Source: the human T2T-CHM13v2.0 reference genome, Homo sapiens | Assembly: GCF_009914755.1 (NCBI RefSeq) | Contig: NC_060925.1 | DNA: 64,000 bases | Direction: 5' to 3' (one strand) | Shown here: positions 1 to 12,979 of the stretch, piece by piece | How positions within the stretch are numbered: position 1 is the stretch's first letter | How the letters are laid out: each line of letters begins with the position of its first letter | Translations under genes and position numbers: made by a program | The notes under the pieces: generated by a model | The model's database searches: none | What the model was told of the DNA's origin: nothing | Seen by the model: the letters and a program-made list of their open reading frames with translations, nothing else

Positions 1-1524
1 ACGGAAAAAAACGGAATTATCGAATGGAATCGAAGAGAATCTTCGAACGGACCCGAATGGAATCATCTAATGGAATGGAATGGAATAATCCATGGACTCG
101 AATGCAATCATCATCGAATGGAATCGAATGGAATCATCGAATGGACTCGAATGGAATAATCATTGAACGGAATCGAATGGAATCATCATCGGATGGAAAC
201 GAATGGAATCATCATCGAATGGAAATGAAAGGAGTCATCATCTAATGGAATTGCATGGAATCATCATAAAATGGAATCGAATGGAATCAACATCAAATGG
301 AATCAAATGGAATCATTGAACGGAATTGAATGGAATCGTCATCGAATGAATTGACTGCAATCATCGAATGGTCTCGAATGGAATCATCTTCAAATGGAAT
401 GGAATGGAATCATCGCATAGAATCGAATGGAATTATCATCGAATGGAATCGAATGGAATCAACATCAAACGGAAAAAAACGGAATTATCGAATGGAATCG
501 AAGAGAATCATCGAATGGACCCGAATGGAATCATCTAATGGAATGGAATGGAATAATCCATGGACTCGAATGCAATCATCATCGAATGGAATCGAATGGA
601 ATCATCGAATGGACTCGAATGGAATAATCATTGAACGGAAACGAATGGAATCATCATCGGATGGAAATGAATGGAATCATCATCGAATGGAATCGAATAG
701 AATTATGGAATGAAATCCAGTGTGATCATCATCGAATGGACCCGAATGGAATCATCATCCAACGGAAGCTAATGGAATCAACATCGAATGAATCGAATGG
801 AAACACCATCGAATTGAAACGAATGGAATTATCATGAAATTGAAATGGATGGACTCATCATCGAATGGATTCGAATGGAATCATCGAATAAAATTGATTG
901 AAATCATCATCGAATGGAATCGAATGGTATCATTGAATGGAATCGAATGGAATCATCATCAGATGGAAATGAATGGAATCGTCATAGAATGGAATCGAAT
1001 GGATTCATTGAATGGAATCAGATGGAATCATCGAATGGACTGGAATGGAATCATTGAATGGACTCGAAAGGGATCATGATTGAATGGAATTGAATGGAAT
1101 CATCGAATGGTCTCGATTGGAATCATTATCAAATGGAATCGAATGGAATCACCGAATAGAATCGAATGGAACAATCATCGAATGGACTCAAATGGAATTA
1201 TCCTCAAATGGAATCGAATGGAATTATCGAATGCAATCGAATGGAATTATCGAATGCAATCGAATAGAATCATCGAATGGACTCGAATGGAATCATCGAA
1301 TAGAATGGAATGGAACAGTCAATGAACTCGAATGGAATCATCATTGAATGGAATCGAATGGAATCATCGAGTGGAATCGAATGGAATTATGATCAAATGG
1401 AATCGAATGTAATCATCATCAAATGGAATCAAAAATAACCATCATCAATTGGTATTGAATGGAATTGTCATCAAATGGAATTCAAAGGAATCATCATCAA
1501 ATGGAACCGAATGGAATCCTCATT

Positions 1525-2468
1525 GAATGGAAATGAAAGGGGTCATCATCTAATGGAATCGCATGGAATCATCATCAAATGGAATCGAATGGAATCATCA
1601 TCAAATGGAATCTAATGGAATCATTGAACAGAATTGAATGGACTGGTCATCGAATGAATTGAATGCAATCATCGAATGGTCTCGAATGGAATCATCTTCT
1701 AATGGAAAGGAATGGAATCATCGCATAGAATCGAATGGAATTATCATCGAATGGAATCGAATGGTATCAACACCAAACGGAAAAAAACGGAATTATCGAA
1801 TGGAATCGAAGAGAATCTTCGAACGGACCCGAATGGAATCATCTAATGGAATGGAATGGAATAATCCATGGACTCGAATGCAATCATCATCGAATGGAAT
1901 CGAATGGAATCATCGAATGGACTCGAATGGAATAATCATTGAACGGAATCGAATGGAATCATCATCGGATGGAAACGAATGGAATCATCATCGAATGGAA
2001 ATGAAAGGAGTCATCATCTAATGGAATTGCATGGAATCATCATAAAATGGAATCGAATGGAATCAACATCAAATGGAATCAAACGGAATCATTGAACGGA
2101 ATTGAATGGAATCGTCATCGAATGAATTGACTGCAATCATCGAATGGTCTCGAATGGAATCATCTTCAAATGGAATGGAATGGAATCATCGCATAGAATC
2201 GAATGGAATTATCATCGAATGGAATCGAATGGAATCAACATCAAACGGAAAAAAACGGAATTATCGAATGGAATCGAAGAGAATCATCGAATGGACCCGA
2301 ATGGAATCATCTAATGGAATGGAATGGAATAATCCATGGACTCGAATGCAATCATCATCGAATGGAATCGAATGGAATCATCGAATGGACTCGAATGGAA
2401 TAATCATTGAACGGAAACGAATGGAATCATCATCGGATGGAAATGAATGGAATCATCATCGAATGGAA
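1525..2468 (+). repeat. Internal 468-bp direct duplication (subrepeats A and B) present in each canonical unit
   Basis: GAATGGAAATGAAAGG at 1525 and 1993; paired ORFs at 1638 and 2106. Diagnostic A vs B alleles: GGGGTC/GGAGTC, ATCGCATG/ATTGCATG, GAACAG/GAACGG, TTGAATGC/TTGACTGC, TTCTAATGGAAAGG/TTCAAATGGAATGG, GTATCAACACC/GAATCAACATC, ATCTTCGAAC/ATCATCGAAT. Confidence 0.93.
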
Positions 2469-5400
2469 TCGAATAGAATTATGGAATGAAATCCAGTGTG
2501 ATCATCATCGAATGGACCCGAATGGAATCATCATCCAACGGAAGCTAATGGAATCAACATCGAATGAATCGAATGGAAACACCATCGAATTGAAACGAAT
2601 GGAATTATCATGAAATTGAAATGGATGGACTCATCATCGAATGGATTCGAATGGAATCATCGAATAAAATTGATTGAAATCATCATCGAATGGAATCGAA
2701 TGGTATCATTGAATGGAATCGAATGGAATCATCATCAGATGGAAATGAATGGAATCGTCATAGAATGGAATCGAATGGATTCATTGAATGGAATCAGATG
2801 GAATCATCGAATGGACTGGAATGGAATCATTGAATGGACTCGAAAGGGATCATGATTGAATGGAATTGAATGGAATCATCGAATGGTCTCGATTGGAATC
2901 ATTATCAAATGGAATCGAATGGAATCACCGAATAGAATCGAATGGAACAATCATCGAATGGACTCAAATGGAATTATCCTCAAATGGAATCGAATGGAAT
3001 TATCGAATGCAATCGAATGGAATTATCGAATGCAATCGAATAGAATCATCGAATGGACTCGAATGGAATCATCGAATAGAATGGAATGGAACAGTCAATG
3101 AACTCGAATGGAATCATCATTGAATGGAATCGAATGGAATCATCGAGTGGAATCGAATGGAATTATGATCAAATGGAATCGAATGTAATCATCATCAAAT
3201 GGAATCAAAAATAACCATCATCAATTGGTATTGAATGGAATTGTCATCAAATGGAATTCAAAGGAATCATCATCAAATGGAACCGAATGGAATCCTCATT
3301 GAATGGAAATGAAAGGGGTCATCATCTAATGGAATCGCATGGAATCATCATCAAATGGAATCTAATGGAATCATTGAACAGAATTGAATGGACTGGTCAT
3401 CGAATGAATTGAATGCAATCATCGAATGGTCTCGAATGGAATCATCTTCTAATGGAAAGGAATGGAATCATCGCATAGAATCGAATGGAATTATCATCGA
3501 ATGGAATCGAATGGTATCAACACCAAACGGAAAAAAACGGAATTATCGAATGGAATCGAAGAGAATCTTCGAACGGACCCGAATGGAATCATCTAATGGA
3601 ATGGAATGGAATAATCCATGGACTCGAATGCAATCATCATCGAATGGAATGGAATGGAATCATCGAATGGACTCGAATGGAATAATCATTGAACGGAATC
3701 GAATGGAATCATCATCGGATGGAAACGAATGGAATCATCATCGAATGGAAATGAAAGGAGTCATCATCTAATGGAATTGCATGGAATCATCATAAAATGG
3801 AATCGAATGGAATCAACATCAAATGGAATCAAATGGAATCATTGAACGGAATTGAATAGAATCGTCATCGAATGAATTGACTGCAATCATCGAATGGTCT
3901 CGAATGGAATCATCTTCAAATGGAATGGAATGGAATCATCGCATAGAATCGAATGGAATTATCATCGAATGGAATCGAATGGAATCAACATCAAACGGAA
4001 AAAAACGGAATTATCGAATGGAATCGAAGAGAATCATCGAATGGACCCGAATGGAATCATCTAATGGAATGGAATGGAATAATCCATGGACTCGAATGCA
4101 ATCATCATCGAATGGAATCGAATGGAATCATCGAATGGACTCGAATGGAATAATCATTGAACGGAAACGAATGGAATCATCATCGGATGGAAATGAATGG
4201 AATCATCATCGAATGGAATCGAATAGAATTATGGAATGAAATCCAGTGTGATCATCATCGAATGGACCCGAATGGAATCATCATCCAACGGAAGCTAATG
4301 GAATCAACATCGAATGAATCGAATGGAAACACCATCGAATTGAAACGAATGGAATTATCATGAAATTGAAATGGATGGACTCATCATCGAATGGATTCGA
4401 ATGGAATCATCGAATAAAATTGATTGAAATCATCATCGAATGGAATCGAATGGTATCATTGAATGGAATCGAATGGAATCATCATCAGATGGAAATGAAT
4501 GGAATCGTCATAGAATGGAATCGAATGGATTCATTGAATGGAATCAGATGGAATCATCGAATGGACTGGAATGGAATCATTGAATGGACTCGAAAGGGAT
4601 CATGATTGAATGGAATTGAATGGAATCATCGAATGGTCTCGATTGGAATCATTATCAAATGGAATCGAATGGAATCACCGAATAGAATCGAATGGAACAA
4701 TCATCGAATGGACTCAAATGGAATTATCCTCAAATGGAATCGAATGGAATTATCGAATGCAATCGAATGGAATTATCGAATGCAATCGAATAGAATCATC
4801 GAATGGACTCGAATGGAATCATCGAATAGAATGGAATGGAACAGTCAATGAACTCGAATGGAATCATCATTGAATGGAATCGAATGGAATCATCGAGTGG
4901 AATCGAATGGAATTATGATCAAATGGAATCGAATGTAATCATCATCAAATGGAATCAAAAATAACCATCATCAATTGGTATTGAATGGAATTGTCATCAA
5001 ATGGAATTCAAAGGAATCATCATCAAATGGAACCGAATGGAATCCTCATTGAATGGAAATGAAAGGGGTCATCATCTAATGGAATCGCATGGAATCATCA
5101 TCAAATGGAATCGAATGGAATCATCATCAAATGGAATCTAATGGAATCATTGAACAGAATTGAATGGACTGGTCATCGAATGAATTGAATGCAATCATCG
5201 AATGGTCTCGAATGGAATCATCTTCTAATGGAAAGGAATGGAATCATCGCATAGAATCGAATGGAATTATCATCGAATGGAATCGAATGGTATCAACACC
5301 AAACGGAAAAAAACGGAATTATCGAATGGAATCGAAGAGAATCTTCGAAAGGACCCGAATGGAATCATCTAATGGAATGGAATGGAATAATCCATGGACT

Positions 5401-8400
5401 CGAATGCAATCATCATCGAATGGAATCGAATGGAATCATCGAATGGACTCGAATGGAATAATCATTGAACGGAATCGAATGGAATCATCATCGGATGGAA
5501 ACGAATGGAATCATCATCGAATGGAAATGAAAGGAGTCATCATCTAATGGAATTGCATGGAATCATCATAAAATGGAATCGAATGGAATCAACATCAAAT
5601 GGAATCAAACGGAATCATTGAACGGAATTGAATGGAATCGTCATCGAATGAATTGACTGCAATCATCGAATGGTCTCGAATGGAATCATCTTCAAATGGA
5701 ATGGAATGGAATCATCGCATAGAATCGAATGGAATTATCATCGAATGGAATCGAATGGAATCAACATCAAACGGAAAAAAACGGAATTATCGAATGGAAT
5801 CGAAGAGAATCATCGAATGGACCCGAATGGAATCATCTAATGGAATGGAATGGAATAATCCATGGACTCGAATGCAATCATCATCGAATGGAATCGAATG
5901 GAATCATCGAATGGACTCGAATGGAATAATCATTGAACGGAAACGAATGGAATCATCATCGGATGGAAATGAATGGAATCATCATCGAATGGAATCGAAT
6001 AGAATTATGGAATGAAATCCAGTGTGATCATCATCGAATGGACCCGAATGGAATCATCATCCAACGGAAGCTAATGGAATCAACATCGAATGAATCGAAT
6101 GGAAACACCATCGAATTGAAACGAATGGAATTATCATGAAATTGAAATGGATGGACTCATCATCGAATGGATTCGAATGGAATCATCGAATAAAATTGAT
6201 TGAAATCATCATCGAATGGAATCGAATGGTATCATTGAATGGAATCGAATGGAATCATCATCAGATGGAAATGAATGGAATCGTCATAGAATGGAATCGA
6301 ATGGATTCATTGAATGGAATCAGATGGAATCATCGAATGGACTGGAATGGAATCATTGAATGGACTCGAAAGGGATCATGATTGAATGGAATTGAATGGA
6401 ATCATCGAATGGTCTCGATTGGAATCATTATCAAATGGAATCGAATGGAATCACCGAATAGAATCGAATGGAACAATCATCGAATGGACTCAAATGGAAT
6501 TATCCTCAAATGGAATCGAATGGAATTATCGAATGCAATCGAATGGAATTATCGAATGCAATCGAATAGAATCATCGAATGGACTCGAATGGAATCATCG
6601 AATGGAATGGAATGGAACAGTCAATGAACACGAATGGAATCATCATTGAATGGAATCGAATGGAATCATCGAGTGGAATCGAATGGAATTATGATCAAAT
6701 GGAATCGAATGTAATCATCATCAAATGGAATCAAAAATAACCATCATCAATTGGTATTGAATGGAATTGTCATCAAATGGAATTCAAAGGAATCATCATC
6801 AAATGGAACCGAATGGAATCCTCATTTAATGGAAATGAAAGGGGTCATCATCTAATGGAATCGCATGGAATCATCATCAAATGGAATCTAATGGAATCAT
6901 TGAACAGAATTGAATGGAATCGTCATCGAATGAATTGAATGCAATCATCGAATGGTCTCGAATGGAATCATCTTCTAATGGAAAGGAATGGAATCATCGC
7001 ATAGAATCGAATGGAATTATCATCGAATGGAATCGAATGGTATCAACACCAAACGGAAAAAAACGGAATTATCGAATGGAATCGAAGAGAATCTTCGAAC
7101 GGACCCGAATGGAATCATCTAATGGAATGGAATGGAATAATCCATGGACTCGAATGCAATCATCATCGAATGGAATCGAATGGAATCATCGAATGGACTC
7201 GAATGGAATAATCATTGAACGGAATCGAATGGAATCATCATCGGATGGAAACGAATGGAATCATCATCGAATGGAAATGAAAGGAGTCATCATCTAATGC
7301 AATTGCATGGAATCATCATCAAATGGAATCGAATGGAATCAACATCAAATGGAATCTAATGGAATCATTGAACAGAATTGAATGGAATCGTCATCGAATG
7401 AATTGACTGCAATCATCGAATGGTCTCGAATGGAATCATCTTGAAATGGAATGGAATGGAATCATCGCATAGAATCGAATGGAATTATCATCGAATGGAA
7501 TCGAATGGAATCAACATCAAACGGAAAAAAACGGAATTATCGAATGGAATCGAAGAGAATCATCGAATGGACCCGAATGGAATCATCTAATGGAATAGAA
7601 TGGAATAATCCATGGACTCGAATGCAATCATCATCGAATGGAATCGAATGGAATCATCGAATGGACTCGAATGGAATAATCATTGAACGGAATCGAATGG
7701 AATCATCATCGGATGGAAATGAATGGAATCATCATCGTATGGAATCGAATAGAATTATGGAATGAAATCCAGTGTGATCATCATCGAATGGACCCGAATG
7801 GAATCATCATCCAACGGAAGCTAATGGAATCAACATCGAATGAATCGAATGGAAACACCATCGAATTGAAACGAATGGAATTATCATGAAATTGAAATGG
7901 ATGGACTCATCATCGAATGGATTCGAATGGAATCATCGAATAAAATTGATTGAAATCATCATCCAATGGAATCGAATGGTATCATTGAATGGAATCGAAT
8001 GGAATCATCATCAGATGGAAATGAATGGAATCGTCATAGAATGGAATCGAATGGATTCATTGAATGGAATCAGATGGAATCATCGAATGGACTGGAATGG
8101 AATCATTGAATGGACTCGAAAGGGATCAGGATTGAATGGAATTGAATGGAATCATCGAATGGTCTCGATTGGAATCATTATCAAATGGAATCGAATGGAA
8201 TCACCGAATAGAATCGAATGGAACAATCATCGAATGGACTCAAATGGAATTATCCTCAAATGGAATCGAATGGAATTATCGAATGCAATCGAATGGAATT
8301 ATCGAATGCAATCGAATAGAATCATCGAAAGGACTCGAATGGAATCATCGAATGGAATGGAATGGAACAGTCAATGAACTCGAATGGAATCATCATTGAA

Positions 8401-8689
8401 TGGAATCGAATGGAATCATCGAGTGGAATCGAATGGAATTATGATCAAATGGAATCGAATGTAATCATCATCAAATGGAATCAAAAATAACCATCATCAA
8501 TTGGTATTGAATGGAATTGTCATCAAATGGAATTCAAAGGAATCATCATCAAATGGAACCGAATGGAATCCTCATTGAATGGAAATGAAAGGGGTCATCA
8601 TCTAATGGAATCGCATGGAATCATCATCAAATGGAATCGAATGGAATCATCATCAAATGGAATCTAATGGAATCATTGAACAGAATTGA

Positions 8690-9752
8690 ATGGACTGGTC
8701 ATCGAATGAATTGAATGCAATCATCGAATGGTCTCGAATGGAATCATCTTCTAATGGAAAGGAATGGAATCATCGCATAGAATCGAATGGAATTATCATC
8801 GAATGGAATCGAATGGTATCAACACCAAACGGAAAAAAACGGAATTATCGAATGGAATCGAAGAGAATCTTCGAACGGACCCGAATGGAATCATCTAATG
8901 GAATGGAATGGAATAATCCATGGACTCGAATGCAATCATCATCGAATGGAATCGAATGGAATCATCGAATGGACTCGAATGGAATAATCATTGAACGGAA
9001 TCGAATGGAATCATCATCGGATGGAAACGAATGGAATCATTATCGAATGGAAATGAAAGGAGTCATCATCTAATGGAATTGCATGGAATCATCATAAAAT
9101 GGAATCGAATGGAATCAACATCAAATGGAATCAAATGGAATCATTCAACGGAATTGAATGGAATCGTCATCGAATGAATTGACTGCAATCATCGAATGGT
9201 CTCGAATGGAATCATCTTCAAATGGAATGGAATGGAATCATCGCATAGAATCGAATGGAATTATCATCGAATGGAATCGAATGGAATCAACAACAAACGG
9301 AAAAAAACGGAATTATCGAATGGAATCGAAGAGAATCATCGAATGGACCCGAATGGAATCATCTAATGGAATGGAATGGAATAATCCATGGACTCGAATG
9401 CAATCATCAACGAATGGAATCGAATGGAATCATCGAATGAAGTCGAATGGAATCATCATTGAATGGAATCGAATGGAATCATCGAGTGGAATCGAATGGA
9501 ATTATGATCAAATGGAATCGAATGTAATCATCATCAAATGGAATCAAAAATAACCATCATCAATTGGTATTGAATGGAATTGTCATCAAATGGAATTCAA
9601 AGGAATCATCATCAAATGGAACCGAATGGAATCCTCATTGAATGGAAATGAAAGGGGTCATAATCTAATGGAATCGCATGGAATCATCATCAAATGGAAT
9701 CGAATGGAATCATCATCAAATGGAATCTAATGGAATCATTGAACAGAATTGA
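8690..9752 (+). repeat. Truncated 1063-bp unit (713-bp deletion, junction near 9438)
   Basis: Anchor spacing 8690 to 9753. Subrepeat B runs directly into GAATGAAGTCGAATGGAATCATCATTG; the CCAGTGTG and GGAACAGTC landmarks are missing. Confidence 0.92.
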
Positions 9753-11528
9753 ATGGAATCGTCATCGAATGAATTGAATGCAATCATCGAATGGTCTCGA
9801 ATGGAATCATCTTCTAATGGAAAGGAATGGAATCATCGCATAGAATCGAATGGAATTATCATCGAATGGAATCGAATGGTATCAACACCAAACGGAAAAA
9901 AACGGAATTATCGAATGGAATCGAAGAGAATCTTCGAACGGACCCGAATGGAATCATCTAATGGAATGGAATGGAATAATCCATGGACTCGAATGCAATC
10001 ATCATCGAATGGAATCGAATGGAATCATCGAATGGACTCGAATGGAATAATCATTGAACGGAATCGAATGGAATCATCATCGGATGGAAACGAATGGAAT
10101 CATCATCGAATGGAAATGAAAGGAGTCATCATCTAATGGAATTGCATGGAATCATCATCAAATGGAATCGAATGGAATCAACATCAAATGGAATCAAATG
10201 GAATCATTGAACGGAATTGAATGGAATCGTCATCGAATGAATTGACTGCAATCATCGAATGGTCTCGAATGGAATCATCTTCAAATGGAATGGAATGGAA
10301 TCATCGCATAGAATCGAATGGAATTATCATCGAATGGAATCGAATGGAATCAACATCAAACGGAAAAAAACGGAATTATCGAATGGAATCGAAGAGAATC
10401 ATCGAATGGACCCGAATGGAATCATCTAATGGAATGGAACGGAATAATCCATGGACTCGAATGCAATCATCATCGAATGGAATCGAATGGAATCATCGAA
10501 TGGACTCGAAAGGAATAATCATTGAACGGAAACGAATGGAATCATCATCGGATGGAAATGAATGGAATCATCATCGAATGGAATCGAATAGAATTATGGA
10601 ATGAAATCCAGTGTGATCATCATCGAATGGACCCGAATGGAATCATCATCCAACGGAAGCTAATGGAATCAACATCGAATGAATCCAATGGAAACACCAT
10701 CGAATTGAAACGAATGGAATTATCATGAAATTGAAATGGATGGACTCATCATCGAATGGATTCGAATGGAATCATCGAATAAAATTGATTGAAGTCATCA
10801 TCGAATGGAATCGAATGGTATCATTGAATGGAATCGAATGGAATCATCATCAGATGGAAATGAATGGAATCGTCATAGAATGGAATCGAATGGATTCATT
10901 GAATGGAATCAGATGGAATCATCGAATGGACTGGAATGGAATCATTGAATGGATTCGAAAGGGATCATGATTGAATGGAATTGAATGGAATCATCGAATG
11001 GTCTCGATTGGAATCATTATCAAATGGAATCGAATGGAATCACCGAATAGAATCGAATGGAACAATCATCGAATGGACTCAAATGGAATTATCCTCCAAT
11101 GGAATCGAATGGAATTATCGAATGCAATCGAATGGAATTATCGAATGCAATCGAATAGAATCATCGAATGGACTCGAATGGAATCATCGAATGGAATGGA
11201 ATGGAACAGTCAATGAACTCGAATGGAATCATCATTGAATGGAATCGAATGGAATCATCGAGTGGAATCGAATGGAATTATGATCAAATGGAATCGAATG
11301 TAATCATCATCAAATGGAATCAAAAATAACCATCATCAATTGGTATTGAATGGAATTGTCATCAAATGGAATTCAAAGGAATCATCATCAAATGGAACCG
11401 AATGGAATCCTCATTGAATGGAAATGAAAGGGGTCATCATCTAATGGAATCGCATGGAATCATCATCAAATGGAATCGAATGGAATCATCATCAAATGGA
11501 ATCTAATGGAATCATTGAACAGAATTGA

Positions 11529-12591
11529 ATGGAATCGTCATCGAATGAATTGAATGCAATCATCGAATGGTCTCGAATGGAATCATCTTCTAATGGAAAG
11601 GAATGGAATCATCGCATAGAATCGAATGGAATTATCATCGAATGGAATCGAATGGTATCAACACCAAACGGAAAAAAACGGAATTATCGAATGGAATCGA
11701 AGAGAATCTTCGAACGGACCCGAATGGAATCATCTAATGGAATGGAATGGAATAATCCATGGACTCGAATGCAATCATCATCGAATGGAATCGAATGGAA
11801 TCATCGAATGGACTCGAATGGAATAATCATTGAACGGAATCGAATGGAATCATCATCGGATGGAAACGAATGGAATCATCATCGAATGGAAATGAAAGGA
11901 GTCATCATCTAATGGAATTGCATGGAATCATCATAAAATGGAATCGAATGGAATCAACATCAAATGGAATCAAATGGAATCATTGAACGGAATTGAATGG
12001 AATCGTCATCGAATGAATTGACTGCAATCATCGAATGGTCTCGAATGGAATCATCTTCAAATGGAATGGAATGGAATCATCGCATAGTATCGAATGGAAT
12101 TATCATCGAATGGAATCGAATGGAATCAACATCAAACGGAAAAAAACGGAATTATCGAATGGAATCGAAGAGAATCATCGAATGGACCCGAATGGAATCA
12201 TCTAATGGAATGGAATGGAATAATCCATGGACTCGAATGCAATCATCATCGAATGGAATCAAATGGAATCATCGAATGAACTCGAATGGAATCATCATTG
12301 AATGGAATCGAATGGAATCATCGAGTGGAATCGAATGGAATTATGATCAAATGGAATCGAATGTAATCATCATCAAATGGAATCAAAAATAACCATCATC
12401 AATTGGTATTGAATGGAATTGTCATCAAATGGAATTCAAAGGAATCATCATCAAATGGAACCGAATGGAATCCTCATTGAATGGAAATGAAAGGGGTCAC
12501 CATCTAATGGAATCGCATGGAATCATCATCAAATGGAATCGAATGGAATCATCATCAAATGGAATCTAATGGAATCATTGAACAGAATTGA
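11529..12591 (+). repeat. Truncated 1063-bp unit (same 713-bp deletion, junction near 12277)
   Basis: Anchor spacing 11529 to 12592; junction ATCGAATGAACTCGAATGG. Confidence 0.92.
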
Positions 12592-12979
12592 ATGGAATCG
12601 TCATCGAATGAATTGAATGCAATCATCGAATGGTCTCGAATGGAATCATCTTCTAATGGAAAGGAATGGAATCATCGCATAGAATCGAATGGAATTATCA
12701 TCGAATGGAATCGAATGGTATCAACACCAAACGGAAAAAAACGGAATTATCGAATGGAATCGAAGATAATCTTCGAACGGACCCGAATGGAATCATCTAA
12801 TGGAATGGAATGGAATAATCCATGGACTCGAATGCAATCATCATCGAATGGAATCGAATGGAATCATCGAATGGACTCGAATGGAATAATCATTGAACGG
12901 AATCGAATGGAATCATCATCGGATGGAAACGAATGGAATCATCATCGAATGGAAATGAAAGGAGTCATCATCTAATGCA

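Noticed and set aside
885-910. Possible DUX4 site (AAATTGATTGAAATCA; TAATTG variant near 37052 and 38828)
   Set aside because: DUX4 is known to induce HSATII, but this sequence does not cleanly fit the TAAYYYAATCA-type spacing. It would need a PWM scan or ChIP data.
1810-1826. Heat-shock-element-like AGAATCTTCG in subrepeat A
   Set aside because: Only two inverted nGAAn units are present, whereas a canonical HSE needs three. This is expected by chance in GAA-rich DNA.
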